Assembly: GCA_958295515.1 (NCBI GenBank)
Contig: CATQGW010000002.1
Location: 150,332 to 214,331 of the forward strand
DNA length: 64,000 bases
Direction of reading: 5' to 3'
Origin: an uncultured Dehalococcoidia bacterium
GTDB taxonomy: Bacteria > Chloroflexota > Dehalococcoidia > Bin125
Shown: positions 19,990 to 29,344 of the stretch, piece after piece
Position numbering within the stretch: position 1 is the stretch's first letter
Layout of the letters: each line of letters begins with the position of its first letter
Position numbers and translations under genes: made by a program
The notes under the pieces: generated by a model
What the model was told of the DNA's origin: nothing
What the model saw: the letters and a program-made list of their open reading frames with translations, nothing else
The model's database searches: none

Positions 19990-21294
19990 ATGCCCCGCCC
20001 GACCGAGCCCCCCGTCGACATGCTGCCCGTCGAGGACGCCCTGCAGCGCATCCTCGACCTCTGCGAGCCGCTGCCCGCCGAAACGCGGCCGATCGACGAC
20101 GCCGTCGGACAGGTCCTGACCGAGCCGATCACCGCCCCCTTCGACATCCCCCCGCACGACAACACCGCGATGGACGGCTACGCCGTGCAGTCGGCCAGCA
20201 CCGACGGCGCGTCGGAGCGCGCCCCGCTGCGCCTCCGCGTGATCGGCGAGCTGGCCGCCGGCTACCTCTACGACGGCGCAGTCGGCCCCGGCGAAGCGGT
20301 GCGAATCATGACCGGCGCGCCCATGCCCGACGGCGCCGACACAATCGTCCCCTTCGAAGAAACCGACGAACAAGGCCTGCGCGCACCCGGACAGCAGCAC
20401 GGCGAAATCGCCGATGTCGGCATCCTCAAAGCCGCTGCCCCGGGCAACAACATCCGTCGGCGCGGCGAGGATGTGCGCCAGGGCGACCGCGTACTCGAAC
20501 GCGGCGCGCTGCTGCGCGGACCCGAGATCGCCGTCCTCGCTTCGCTCGGCGTCGCCGAAGTCCAGGTCGCCCGCCGACCCCGCGTCGCGATCCTCTCCAC
20601 CGGCGACGAGCTGCTCTCGCCCGGACAGCCCCCCGCGCCCGGCAAAATCTACGACTCCAACTCCTACGGCCTCAGCGCCCTCGTGCAGCAATACGGCGGC
20701 ATCCCCAGCCGCGCAGGCATCGCCGCCGACACCATCGAGGCGCTCACCGCCGCCATCCAGCACGCCCTCGCCGACGCCGACCTGCTCATCACCTCCGCCG
20801 GCGTCTCACGCGGCGACTTCGATGTCGTCAAAGAAGTGCTGGTCCGCGAAGGCGCGATCGACTTCTGGACTGTCCGCATGAAACCCGGCAAGCCGCTGGC
20901 CTTCGGGCGCTTCACCGCCCCCGACGGACGCCGCGTGCCCCATATCGGACTGCCCGGCAACCCCGTCTCCTCGCTGCTCGCCTTCGAGCTGTTCGGACGC
21001 CTCGCCATCCACAAGCTGATGGGCCGCGAGCCGCAGCCCCGCCCCGTCCTGCGCGCCATCGCCGAGGACGACATCATCAACACCGACGCCCGCCGCGTCT
21101 ACGCCCGCGCCACCATGGAACGGCACGCCGACGGCCGCTGGCATGCGCGGCTCACCGGACCACAGGGCTCCGGCGTGCTCACCTCCATGGCGCTGGCGAA
21201 CGGCTACGCTGTGTGCCCCGAAGACGCCGAGCGTGTCCGCGCCGGCGAGGAATGCGACGTCATCATGGTCGACTGGGAGCACCCCACCGACTAA
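19990..21294 (+). CDS. moeA: molybdopterin molybdenumtransferase
   Basis: DIPPHDNTAMDGYAV, RIMTGAPMPDGADTIVPFE, GDELL, SGGVS-like ITSAGVSRGDFD and KPGKPLAFG. Confidence 0.9.
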   Translation: MPRPTEPPVDMLPVEDALQRILDLCEPLPAETRPIDDAVGQVLTEPITAPFDIPPHDNTAMDGYAVQSASTDGASERAPLRLRVIGELAAGYLYDGAVGPGEAVRIMTGAPMPDGADTIVPFEETDEQGLRAPGQQHGEIADVGILKAAAPGNNIRRRGEDVRQGDRVLERGALLRGPEIAVLASLGVAEVQVARRPRVAILSTGDELLSPGQPPAPGKIYDSNSYGLSALVQQYGGIPSRAGIAADTIEALTAAIQHALADADLLITSAGVSRGDFDVVKEVLVREGAIDFWTVRMKPGKPLAFGRFTAPDGRRVPHIGLPGNPVSSLLAFELFGRLAIHKLMGREPQPRPVLRAIAEDDIINTDARRVYARATMERHADGRWHARLTGPQGSGVLTSMALANGYAVCPEDAERVRAGEECDVIMVDWEHPTD

Positions 21295-21319
21295 GCGCCG
21301 CCCAGATAGGAACCAACCA

Positions 21320-22600
21320 ATGGCAGTCAAAGAGGCAATTCGATCGGCAATCGCGCCCGCCTACATCCAGGCTCGACTGCTCCAGGAGCGGCTCCAGAGC
21401 GGCGTCGTCTGGTACCCCCTCGCCGACGGCTTCGTCGACGACCCCTACCCCACCTACCGCAAGCTGCGCGAGAAAGACCCCTACCACTACAGCCCGCTGA
21501 CCGGCTCGCTGGTCATCTCCCGCTACGAGGATGTCGACGAAGTGCTGCGCGACTGGAAACGGTTCAGCAACGACCAGCGCAAGGGCGCGCAGTCCAACCT
21601 GCGCAACGAGGACACCCGCGGCCAACTCACCCCCAGCATCCTCAGCCTCGACCCGCCCGACCACACCCGCCTGCGCGGACTGGTCAACCGCGCCTTCACC
21701 CCCCGCCAGATCGCCAAAATGGAAGAGCACATCCGCGCCACCGCCCACGCCCTGCTCGACGAGGTCGAGGGCCAAAGCGAGTTCGACCTGATGTCCAACC
21801 TCGCCACCCTGCTGCCCACCGTCGTCATCGCCGAAATGATCGGCGTCCCCACCGAGGACCGCGAGCGCTTCAAAGAGTGGTCCGACAACTTCGCCCGCGT
21901 GCTCGAACCCAACCTCTCCCCCCAAGAGGGCAAGCTGGTGCTCGAAACCGCCGACATCTTCGAGCAATACTTCTCCCGCATCATCGATCAGCGTCGCGAC
22001 GACATGCGCGACGACCTCGTCTCACGCCTGATCGAAGCCGAGGAAGAAGGCGAGCGGCTGACCACCGACGAAATGCAGGTCACCCTGCGCCTCCTGCTCG
22101 TCGCCGGCAACGAAACCACCACCAACCTGATCGGCAACGGCATGCGCGCCCTGCTGCGCCACCCCGAGCAACTGCAAATCCTGCGCGACCAACCCGAACT
22201 CATCCCCAACGCTATCGAGGAACTGCTGCGCTACGACTCCCCCGTACAGGTCGACACCCGCACCGTGCTCGAAGATGTCAAGCTGGGCGGCAAGACCGCG
22301 CCCAAAGGCTCGCGCGTCATGCTGCTCATCGGCGGCGCAAACCGCGACCCCGAAGAATTCGAGCGCCCCGAAGAACTCGACGTGACCCGCGAAGACGCCG
22401 GCAACATCTCCTTCGGCCGCGGCATCCACCACTGCCTCGGCGCCCCGCTCGCCCGCCTCGAAGGCAAAATCGCCTTCGAAGTCCTGCTCGAACGCTTCGA
22501 CGACATCCAACTCGGCGCGCAGCGCCCCCAATACAAACAAAACATCGTCCTCCGCGGCCTCACCCGCCTCCCCATCCGCGTCCACCCCCGCCCCAAATAA
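21320..22600 (+). CDS. cytochrome P450
   Basis: Heme-binding loop FGRGIHHCLGAPLA, EELLRYDSP (ExxR) and the I-helix LLLVAGNETTTN. I start at ATG 21320 (MAVKEAI). Confidence 0.9.
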   Translation: MAVKEAIRSAIAPAYIQARLLQERLQSGVVWYPLADGFVDDPYPTYRKLREKDPYHYSPLTGSLVISRYEDVDEVLRDWKRFSNDQRKGAQSNLRNEDTRGQLTPSILSLDPPDHTRLRGLVNRAFTPRQIAKMEEHIRATAHALLDEVEGQSEFDLMSNLATLLPTVVIAEMIGVPTEDRERFKEWSDNFARVLEPNLSPQEGKLVLETADIFEQYFSRIIDQRRDDMRDDLVSRLIEAEEEGERLTTDEMQVTLRLLLVAGNETTTNLIGNGMRALLRHPEQLQILRDQPELIPNAIEELLRYDSPVQVDTRTVLEDVKLGGKTAPKGSRVMLLIGGANRDPEEFERPEELDVTREDAGNISFGRGIHHCLGAPLARLEGKIAFEVLLERFDDIQLGAQRPQYKQNIVLRGLTRLPIRVHPRPK

Positions 22601-22658
22601 CCCGTCACTCCCGCCCCCAAGCAGTCAACCCACCCGCCCACCTCACCCGCCCCAACAA

Positions 22659-22862
22659 CCGTCACACCCGCGCCCACTTTCCGTCATTCCCGCCTCTACT
22701 TCTCCGTCATTCCCGCGAAAGCGGGAATCCCGCCGTTCCCCCCACCAAGCAGCCTCAACCCGCCGTCACACCCGCGCCCACTTTCCGTCATTCCCGCCCC
22801 TACTTCTCCGTCATTCCCGCGAAAGCGGGAATCCCGCCGTTCCCCCCACCAAGCAGCCCAAG
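22659..22862 (+). repeat. tandem duplication of a 104-bp unit, each with three CCGTCAYWCCCGC modules and a variant hairpin ATTCCCGCGAAAGCGGGAAT
   Basis: Copy 1 is 22659-22762 and copy 2 is 22763 to about 22862, nearly identical. The capped units CTCCGTCATTCCCGCGAAAGCGGGAATCCCGCCGT lie at 22702-22736 and 22806-22840. Confidence 0.9.
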
Positions 22863-22869
22863 ACCCCCG

Positions 22870-23169
22870 TCAGTACCGCAACCCAAAAGGCCCAAGCCCC
22901 CCAGCCGCCTCACCCCACTCCACATCAACCGCCCGCACCAGCGCCATCGGCGGACCAATCCGCAGCTCCTCAAGCAGCGCCTCCAGCTCCGACCGCCGCC
23001 CCTCAGCAACGATCTCCACACTCGCCCCATCCGCAAGATTGCGCACCCACCCGCTGATCTCAGCCTTCCGCTCCCGCTCAATCTGAGCCGCGACCTGCTC
23101 CGCGAAGACGCGGAAACCAACCATCTGCACCCGCCCCCGCACCAACGCCGTCAGCCGCACCGCGCTCAT
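22870..23169 (-). CDS. acyP: acylphosphatase
   Basis: VRGRVQMVGFRVF...ISGWVRNLADGSVEI-like (GWVRNLADGASVEIVAEG), 99 aa. The start overlaps the aroKB stop (ATGA). Confidence 0.85.
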   Translation of the reverse strand: MSAVRLTALVRGRVQMVGFRVFAEQVAAQIERERKAEISGWVRNLADGASVEIVAEGRRSELEALLEELRIGPPMALVRAVDVEWGEAAGGLGPFGLRY

Positions 23170-24920
23170 CGCCGCGAGACCGAAGCCACCGCGTCAATCG
23201 CCTCCAACACCACGCTCGGCGGCACATCGTCCCGCACCAGCGCCGCCCCCGCGCTCTCCAACAGCACCCAGCGCTGCCGCCCGCCCACCACCTTCTTGTC
23301 CCGCGACATCGCCTCCAGCAGCGCACCCGCATCGAGCGGCGCCGGCGTCCGCACCGGCAGCCCAAAATGTTCCAGCAGCGTGCGGTGGCGCGTCAGCAGC
23401 GATTCGTCGATCAGCCCCATCGCATGCCCGATCTCCGCCGCCGCAACCAGACCAATCGCCACCGCCTCCCCGTGCAGCAGCTCGCGGAACCCGGTCACCG
23501 CCTCGATCGCGTGCCCGAGCGTGTGTCCGTAGTTGAGAATCGCCCGCACATCCGCCTCTCGCTCGTCGGCGGAGACCACCCGCGCCTTAATCCGTTGGTT
23601 GCGGCGAATCATGTCGGCGATGATCTCCGCCGCCGCGGCGTTGGCGCGCGCCGCCGCAGGGTTGAGCAGCGTCACGGCGTGACGTTCCAACTCGTCGAGC
23701 ATCTGCGGCTCGCGGATCAGCGCGTGCTTGATCACTTCCGCGTAGCCCGAGCGCAGCTCCCGCCGCGGCAGCGTCGCCAGCGTGGTCAGATCGCAAATCA
23801 CCGCGCGCGGCTGGTAGAACGCCCCCACAAGATTCTTGCCCGCCGGCAGATCAACCGCCACCTTGCCGCCGATCGCGGCGTCCACCATCCCCAGCATCGT
23901 CGTCGGCGCATGCACCATCGCCATCCCGCGCAGATAGGTCGCCGCCGCCGTCCCGGCCAGGTCCGTCGTGACCCCGCCGCCGAGCGCCAGAATCACATCC
24001 GAGCGCTCCGCGCGCCGCTCCGCCAGCCAGGCGTACAACTCCGCCAAACACTCCAACGACTTGCTCGCCTCGCCCGGCTCCACCCGATAGCTGAACACCT
24101 GCCGCCCGCTGTCCCGCAGCGTCTGCGCCGCCGTCTCGCCGTGGCCTTCGATCACCGCCCCGTCCGCGATCAGGAAGACCCGCCGCGAAAGCCCGAGACG
24201 ATCAAATATCTCGCCCAGCCGCCCCAGCAGATCCCAGCCCGTGTAGACCGGATACCGGCTCGCGCCGGCATCCACCACGCAGGCCACATCGGGTCCGAAG
24301 TCCGTCACCGGCGGCGGCGCCACGCCCGGACCCTCGCGCATCGCACGCAGCCGACTGTCCGAATCCAGCGCCCGCCCCGCCCCGCGCTCAACCGCAGCGA
24401 CGATCTCCTCCACCAGCTCGCCGATCTCCGGTTCGTCGGTGTGCAGCGTCAGGTCCGCCAGCGCGTAAAACGGCTGCCGCTGCGCCTTGAGCGACTCCAC
24501 GCGGCGGCGCGGATCCGCGCCGGCCAACAGCGGACGCACCTCGGGGCGGCCCTGCTCGGTTGCGGCGTAGCGCGCCAGAATCGTGCTCGGGCGGGCCTCA
24601 AGCGTGATCACGAAGCCCTGCTCCGCGAGCGCCGCGCGGTTCTCCGGATCGAGCCAGACCCCCCCCCCGCTGGCGATCACCGCGCCGTCAATCTGCGCCG
24701 CCTCGCGCACCGCCTCGCGCTCGCGTGCGCGGAAGCCGGCCTCCCCCTCCCGCTCGAAGATCGCGGGAATCGGACGCCCCGCCTCACGCTCAATTTCAAC
24801 GTCCAGATCGACCACGCGCCAGCCCAGCCGCTCAGCCACATAGGGCGCAAGCACCGACTTGCCGGTCGCCGAGAAGCCGATCAACACCACGCGCTTGAGC
24901 TCGGGCGGCCGGGCGGTCAC
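23166..24920 (-). CDS. bifunctional shikimate kinase / 3-dehydroquinate synthase
   Basis: N-terminus VVLIGFSATGKSVLAPYVAERLGW (AroK P-loop). C-terminal ~360 aa are AroB (GGGVTTDLAG, NLVGAFYQP, LNYGHTLGHAIE, HGEAVAIG). Confidence 0.9.
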   Translation of the reverse strand: MTARPPELKRVVLIGFSATGKSVLAPYVAERLGWRVVDLDVEIEREAGRPIPAIFEREGEAGFRAREREAVREAAQIDGAVIASGGGVWLDPENRAALAEQGFVITLEARPSTILARYAATEQGRPEVRPLLAGADPRRRVESLKAQRQPFYALADLTLHTDEPEIGELVEEIVAAVERGAGRALDSDSRLRAMREGPGVAPPPVTDFGPDVACVVDAGASRYPVYTGWDLLGRLGEIFDRLGLSRRVFLIADGAVIEGHGETAAQTLRDSGRQVFSYRVEPGEASKSLECLAELYAWLAERRAERSDVILALGGGVTTDLAGTAAATYLRGMAMVHAPTTMLGMVDAAIGGKVAVDLPAGKNLVGAFYQPRAVICDLTTLATLPRRELRSGYAEVIKHALIREPQMLDELERHAVTLLNPAAARANAAAAEIIADMIRRNQRIKARVVSADEREADVRAILNYGHTLGHAIEAVTGFRELLHGEAVAIGLVAAAEIGHAMGLIDESLLTRHRTLLEHFGLPVRTPAPLDAGALLEAMSRDKKVVGGRQRWVLLESAGAALVRDDVPPSVVLEAIDAVASVSRR

Positions 24921-26113
24921 GGAGCGCTCCGCGGATACACGGTTTCGAGGAAGCGCCGCATATTGTCGCGCGTCTCCGAGAGTCGGTCGCCGCCGAACTT
25001 CTCCAGCAGCGCGTCCGCCAGCACCAGCGCCAGCATCGCCTCCACAATCACCCCCGCCGCCGGCACCACGCAGACATCGGAACGCTCGTAGTGCGCCTCA
25101 ACCCGCTCGCCGGTATCCAGATCAGCCGAGGGCAGCGGATGTGCAAGCGTCGCGATCGGCTTGACCACCACCCGCACCACGATCTCCTCGCCGTTGGAGA
25201 TGCCCCCCTCGATGCCCCCGGCGTGATTGCTGCGCCGCCGCCAGGGACGCTCCGCCCAGGCATCCTGAGGCAGCACCACATCGTGGAAGCCCGCCCCGCG
25301 CGCAGCCGCGCCGGCGAAGCCGTCGCCGATTTCGACTCCCTTGAAAGCGTTCATGCTCAGCAGCGCCTGCCCGATCCGCCCGCTCAGCTTGCGATCCCAC
25401 TGCACATGCGAACCCAGCCCAAAGGGGACGCCCGTGACGCGCGCCTCAACGACGCCGCCCAACGTGTCGCCGTCGCGCTTGGCCGCATCAATCGCCTCGA
25501 CCATCGCCTCGCCCGAGGCCGCGTCCGCGCAGCGCACCGGCGAAGCTTCCACCGCCCCCCAATCAATCTCCGCGTCCGCGCAGGACGCCGCCTCGCCTAT
25601 CTGCACGACATGGCTGTAAAACTCGCAGCCCAGCTCTTCGCAGAACACGCGCGCCACCGCGCCCGCCGCCACCCGCGCCGCGCTCTCCCGCGCGCTCGCC
25701 CGCTCGAGCGAGTCCCGCACATCGTCGTAGCCGTACTTCAGCGACGCCGCCAAATCCGCGTGACCCGGCCGCACCCGCGTCACCCGCGTCGGCGGCGGCT
25801 CCACCGCCTCCAGCGACATCGTCTCCGTCCACGGGCGCTTGTCCGGCCCCCCGCCCGTCGAGTAGTCGCGGTTCTCAATCCACAGCGCAATCGGCGAACC
25901 GATCGTCCGCCCCTGCCGCAGCCCGCCGCGGATCTGCGCGTAGTCCGTCTCAATCTTCATCCGCCCCCCGCGCCCGTAACCTCGCTGCCGCCGCGCCAGC
26001 TGCTCCCGAATCTGCCCCTCCGAAAGCGGCATCCCCGCCGGCACCCCGTCGATCACCACGGTCAACCCCGGCCCATGCGATTCCCCAGCCGTCACCCACC
26101 GAAAGTGCGCCAT
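24917..26113 (-). CDS. aroC: chorismate synthase
   Basis: FRWVTAGESHGPGLTVVIDGVPAG, RRQRGYGRGGRM, RPGHADL and GGISNGEEIVVR. I start at ATG 26111-26113. Confidence 0.95.
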   Translation of the reverse strand: MAHFRWVTAGESHGPGLTVVIDGVPAGMPLSEGQIREQLARRQRGYGRGGRMKIETDYAQIRGGLRQGRTIGSPIALWIENRDYSTGGGPDKRPWTETMSLEAVEPPPTRVTRVRPGHADLAASLKYGYDDVRDSLERASARESAARVAAGAVARVFCEELGCEFYSHVVQIGEAASCADAEIDWGAVEASPVRCADAASGEAMVEAIDAAKRDGDTLGGVVEARVTGVPFGLGSHVQWDRKLSGRIGQALLSMNAFKGVEIGDGFAGAAARGAGFHDVVLPQDAWAERPWRRRSNHAGGIEGGISNGEEIVVRVVVKPIATLAHPLPSADLDTGERVEAHYERSDVCVVPAAGVIVEAMLALVLADALLEKFGGDRLSETRDNMRRFLETVYPRSAP

Positions 26114-26416
26114 GCCTCGCTCCACACCCAACCTCCTCCAAGCCTACTAGCACCCCAACCCCACATCGCCGCCCATTCCCCCTTCTGTCACGCCCGCCGC
26201 GCCCTCCGTCACCCCCGCCACACCCCCACTCACCCCCAATCGTGATACCGTGCCCTCTCAACAATCAGAACACCAGTGCGCAGCCCAATGCCCGTCTCCC
26301 CCAGACCCCAACAACGCATCCACCAAATCTCCCGCCCCAACATCAGCGGCGACCCCGAGCCGCTCAAGATCCACCGCGCACAACTCGCCGACGCCATCCC
26401 TCAGGCCCCCAACCAA

Positions 26417-26526
26417 ATCGATCAAAATCGATCACAATCGATCACAGTCGATCACAATCGATCACAATCGATCACAATCAGTACAAGATCGAACACAATC
26501 GATCAGGATCGAACAGGATCGAACAC
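26417..26526. repeat. 10-bp-period tandem array (about 11 units; ATCGATCACA consensus) containing 10 GATC sites
   Basis: Six near-perfect units lie at 26417-26477 (AATCGATCAMA). They are followed by degenerate units (GATCGAACAC/AATCGATCAG/GATCGAACAG). Confidence 0.9.
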
Positions 26527-26687
26527 CGCCGAACCCGACCAATTCCCACCAAACCTGACCGCTCCGAACCACCCCGACCAGATAGAAAACAGGCCAAACC
26601 ATCAAGACACAACCATTCCCGACCGCCTGGCCGCCCGCACCGGCAACGCTGTGAATCTTCAAAATCGCCCACGCGCCCCGACTGCGC

Positions 26688-27443
26688 TCAATCGAAAGCC
26701 CCGCGAGACGGCTCTTCCGCATCCATGGCGGCGGGATCCACCTCCCGGACTTCGCCGTCGCGCATCAGCAGCAGGCGGCGCGCCCGACGCGCGATCTCCA
26801 GGTTGTGCGTGACCATCACAATCGTCTGCCCCGCCGCGTTGAGCTGCTCGAGCAAATCGACAATCTCGCGCCCCGTCGCCGAGTCCAGATTCCCCGTCGG
26901 CTCGTCTGCGAGGACCACATCCGGCTCATTCGCCAGCGCCCGCGCGATCGCCACCCGCTGGCGCTCCCCGCCGGAAAGCTGCACCGGCCGATGATCGAGC
27001 CTCTCGCCCAACCCCACCGCCTCCAGCAGCGCCCGCGCCCGCGAGCGCCGCTCGCGACGCCCCACCCCCGCCAGCGCCAGCGCAATCTCCACGTTCTGCC
27101 GCGCCGTCAGCATCTGCAACAGATTGAACGCCTGAAAGACGAAGCCCAGCGTGCGCAGCCGCAGCGCCGCCCGCCGCTCAATGCCCAGCGACTGCGCCGC
27201 GCGTCCCCGCACCCGCACCTCGCCGCCGCTCGGCGAATCAATCAGCCCCAGCAGATGCAGCAGCGTCGATTTGCCGCTCCCGCTCGGACCGGCGATCGCG
27301 ATGAAATCGCCGCGCTGAATATCCAGATCGACTCCGCGCAGCGCCTCCACGGTCTGCTCGCCCAGCCGGTAGACGCGGGCCAGGTTGCGCGCCGAGAGCA
27401 GCGGCTCCGAACGCTCCGCCCCGGGCTCGGCGGATTCACTCAT
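26688..27443 (-). CDS. ABC transporter ATP-binding protein (MacB/LolD/FtsE-like)
   Basis: Walker A GPSGSGKSTLL, signature LSGGERQRVAIARAL, Walker B VLADEPTGNLD. Confidence 0.9.
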   Translation of the reverse strand: MSESAEPGAERSEPLLSARNLARVYRLGEQTVEALRGVDLDIQRGDFIAIAGPSGSGKSTLLHLLGLIDSPSGGEVRVRGRAAQSLGIERRAALRLRTLGFVFQAFNLLQMLTARQNVEIALALAGVGRRERRSRARALLEAVGLGERLDHRPVQLSGGERQRVAIARALANEPDVVLADEPTGNLDSATGREIVDLLEQLNAAGQTIVMVTHNLEIARRARRLLLMRDGEVREVDPAAMDAEEPSRGAFD

Positions 27444-28671
27444 AGCGCAGCGCCGTGATCGGATCCACGCGCACCGCGCGTCCCGCCGGCAGCAGCGCCG
27501 CCAGAATGCCGAAGCTGGTCAGAATCCCTGCCGCCCCCCACTCAATCCGCCGACTGCGAATGCCCGCCGCATCCGGTCCCAGCGCCTGGCGAATCACAAA
27601 GCGCGAAAGCGGCACCCCGATCGCCGATCCGCAAACCGCGATCCCCGCCGATTCGCCGAGGATCATCGAGATCAGCACGCGCGCCGGCGCGCCGATCGCC
27701 CGCAGCGTGCCCAACTCTCGCGTGCGCTCGAGCACCGAGACGAACATCACAATCGCAATCAGCAGCGCCGCCACCCCGACCGATGTCCAGCGCACCACGC
27801 TGAACAGCTGGTTCACACGATCCAGCAGCTGCCGCGCGTTCTCCGCCAGCTGGCGGTCCGAGACGACCATCAGCGAAGGATGCGCAGCCTCGATCTCGCG
27901 CTGCAACGGCTCGATCTCGGAAGCCCGCGCCGGCGAAACGAGCAGCGCAGTCACCGAGTCCGGCGTGCGCAGCAGCTCGCGAGCCGCACCGATCGGCGTC
28001 ATCACCGCCGACCGCAGCAACTGGTTCGTCTCCGGCTCGATGATCCCCTGCACCTCGAACTCGCAGCCCCGCACCGCAATCCGGCTGCCCGGCGCCGCCA
28101 GCGCAATCGGCCCCACCGGCGAAGGCACCTCGGTCCGCGCGCTGGCCGCGCCGGCAAAATGCCGCGCCGCAAGCACCCCAAGCACCACCGGCGGGTGCTC
28201 AGCATCGGGCGATGCGCCGCGGAAATCAGGCCGTCCGATCATCGCCCCCGCGCCCGCCAGAAAGACATCCTCCTGGCCAACCTCGATCCCCACCAACAGC
28301 GCCTCCGGCGGCGCAGTCGGAAACGGCGGCGGCGCCAGCGCCGCCAGCGAAACCGCCGTCGAGCGCTCGCGATCAACAGCGTCAAGCGACAACACATGGT
28401 CCGCATCGACGTCGGAAATGGTCGACGAAATCGGCGGCCACTCGATGCCCGACATCCCCGTCAGCCCGCGGCTCTGCACAAACAGAATGCCGGTAAAGCG
28501 CTGCACCTGCAGATCCAGATCGTCGGTGATAAACCGCATCACCGTCGTGACCACGATGTACAGGTTCACGCAAACCCCGAAGCCGAGCACGGTCAGCCCG
28601 GTGCGCAGCTTCTTCCCCAGCAGATGGCGGAGCGCAAGTCCCAGCACGCGCAAGATCGTACACGGGCGCAT
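27436..28671 (-). CDS. ABC transporter permease, FtsX/MacB family
   Basis: N-terminal TM segment (LRHLLGKKLRTGLTVLGFGVCV), a large periplasmic loop, and a C-terminal FtsX 3-TM module (RELGTLRAIGA...). I start at ATG 28669-28671. The track start at 28965 overlaps the upstream gene. Confidence 0.85.
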   Translation of the reverse strand: MRPCTILRVLGLALRHLLGKKLRTGLTVLGFGVCVNLYIVVTTVMRFITDDLDLQVQRFTGILFVQSRGLTGMSGIEWPPISSTISDVDADHVLSLDAVDRERSTAVSLAALAPPPFPTAPPEALLVGIEVGQEDVFLAGAGAMIGRPDFRGASPDAEHPPVVLGVLAARHFAGAASARTEVPSPVGPIALAAPGSRIAVRGCEFEVQGIIEPETNQLLRSAVMTPIGAARELLRTPDSVTALLVSPARASEIEPLQREIEAAHPSLMVVSDRQLAENARQLLDRVNQLFSVVRWTSVGVAALLIAIVMFVSVLERTRELGTLRAIGAPARVLISMILGESAGIAVCGSAIGVPLSRFVIRQALGPDAAGIRSRRIEWGAAGILTSFGILAALLPAGRAVRVDPITALRYE

Positions 28672-28693
28672 CCGCGCAACGCAGCGGCGCGGC

Positions 28694-29344
28694 TCAATCC
28701 GCAGTCGCCGCGCTGTCTTCCGCGTCCAGCTCCACGGCGTCGGCGGGAAGCCGGATCGGCCGCGGCTCGCCGTTAGGCGCACGGTTCGCGGTAGTGCGAA
28801 ATTCAGCCGCGAGGCTGCGCGGCGGTTGGCTCCAGTCAATGCTGAGCGCATCAGCGCGGTCCGCCTCAATGCAAAGGATCGGGCGAGCCTGCGCTGCGCC
28901 GTCCTCGCTGCGGAACGTGGTGTACACATCAACCCGCACATGCGCAGGGCGAAAGTTGGGCACATCGTAGAAAATCATCTCAATCAACCGCAGCGCCACC
29001 GCGTAAGCCGTATCGAGCGAGCTGGCGACCTGCTCCCGCGTGCCGTCAACAACGCCGAACTCCGGATCGGCGGAGGTGCTGACGCGAACATACTGCGCGC
29101 CGGCGGCGAGCAAGTCCATGCCCTGCACGCCGGCCCAAACTACCGCGCTGATGTCCTTGGGCGGACGCTGTGTCTTCCAGCGGTCGATCTCCTGGTCGAG
29201 GATGCCGCGAATCGCCTCGCGGTCGTCGCGCGCGACAAGCTGCCGCCAGAAGCGGTGCGTGCGCGCCTCTTTGAACAGCAGCAGCCCAAAGCCGCCGAAG
29301 ACCACGGCGATGATCGCGAAGCCGATAGTCACGCCCTCATTCAC
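28694..29344 (-). CDS. hypothetical membrane-anchored protein (single N-terminal TM segment)
   Basis: 216-aa ORF. The TM segment is VTIGFAIIAVVFGGFGLLLF. The start overlaps the aroE stop (ATGA). I recognise no family. Confidence 0.6.
   Translation of the reverse strand: MNEGVTIGFAIIAVVFGGFGLLLFKEARTHRFWRQLVARDDREAIRGILDQEIDRWKTQRPPKDISAVVWAGVQGMDLLAAGAQYVRVSTSADPEFGVVDGTREQVASSLDTAYAVALRLIEMIFYDVPNFRPAHVRVDVYTTFRSEDGAAQARPILCIEADRADALSIDWSQPPRSLAAEFRTTANRAPNGEPRPIRLPADAVELDAEDSAATAD

Noticed and set aside
26417-26526. Replication origin, suggested by the GATC cluster; also the minus-to-plus gene-orientation switch at 34582-34707
   Set aside because: There is no dnaA/dnaN nearby, no recognisable DnaA-box-like 9-mers (TGTGATCGA matches TTATCCACA poorly), and no AT-rich unwinding element. 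The left half of the window has mixed gene orientation, so the switch is not clean. It is retained only as a low-probability alternative in the repeat finding.
28672-28965. N-terminal extension of the FtsX-type permease ORF
   Set aside because: It overlaps the 216-aa upstream gene and is Arg-rich. The first TM segment follows the internal ATG at 28671.
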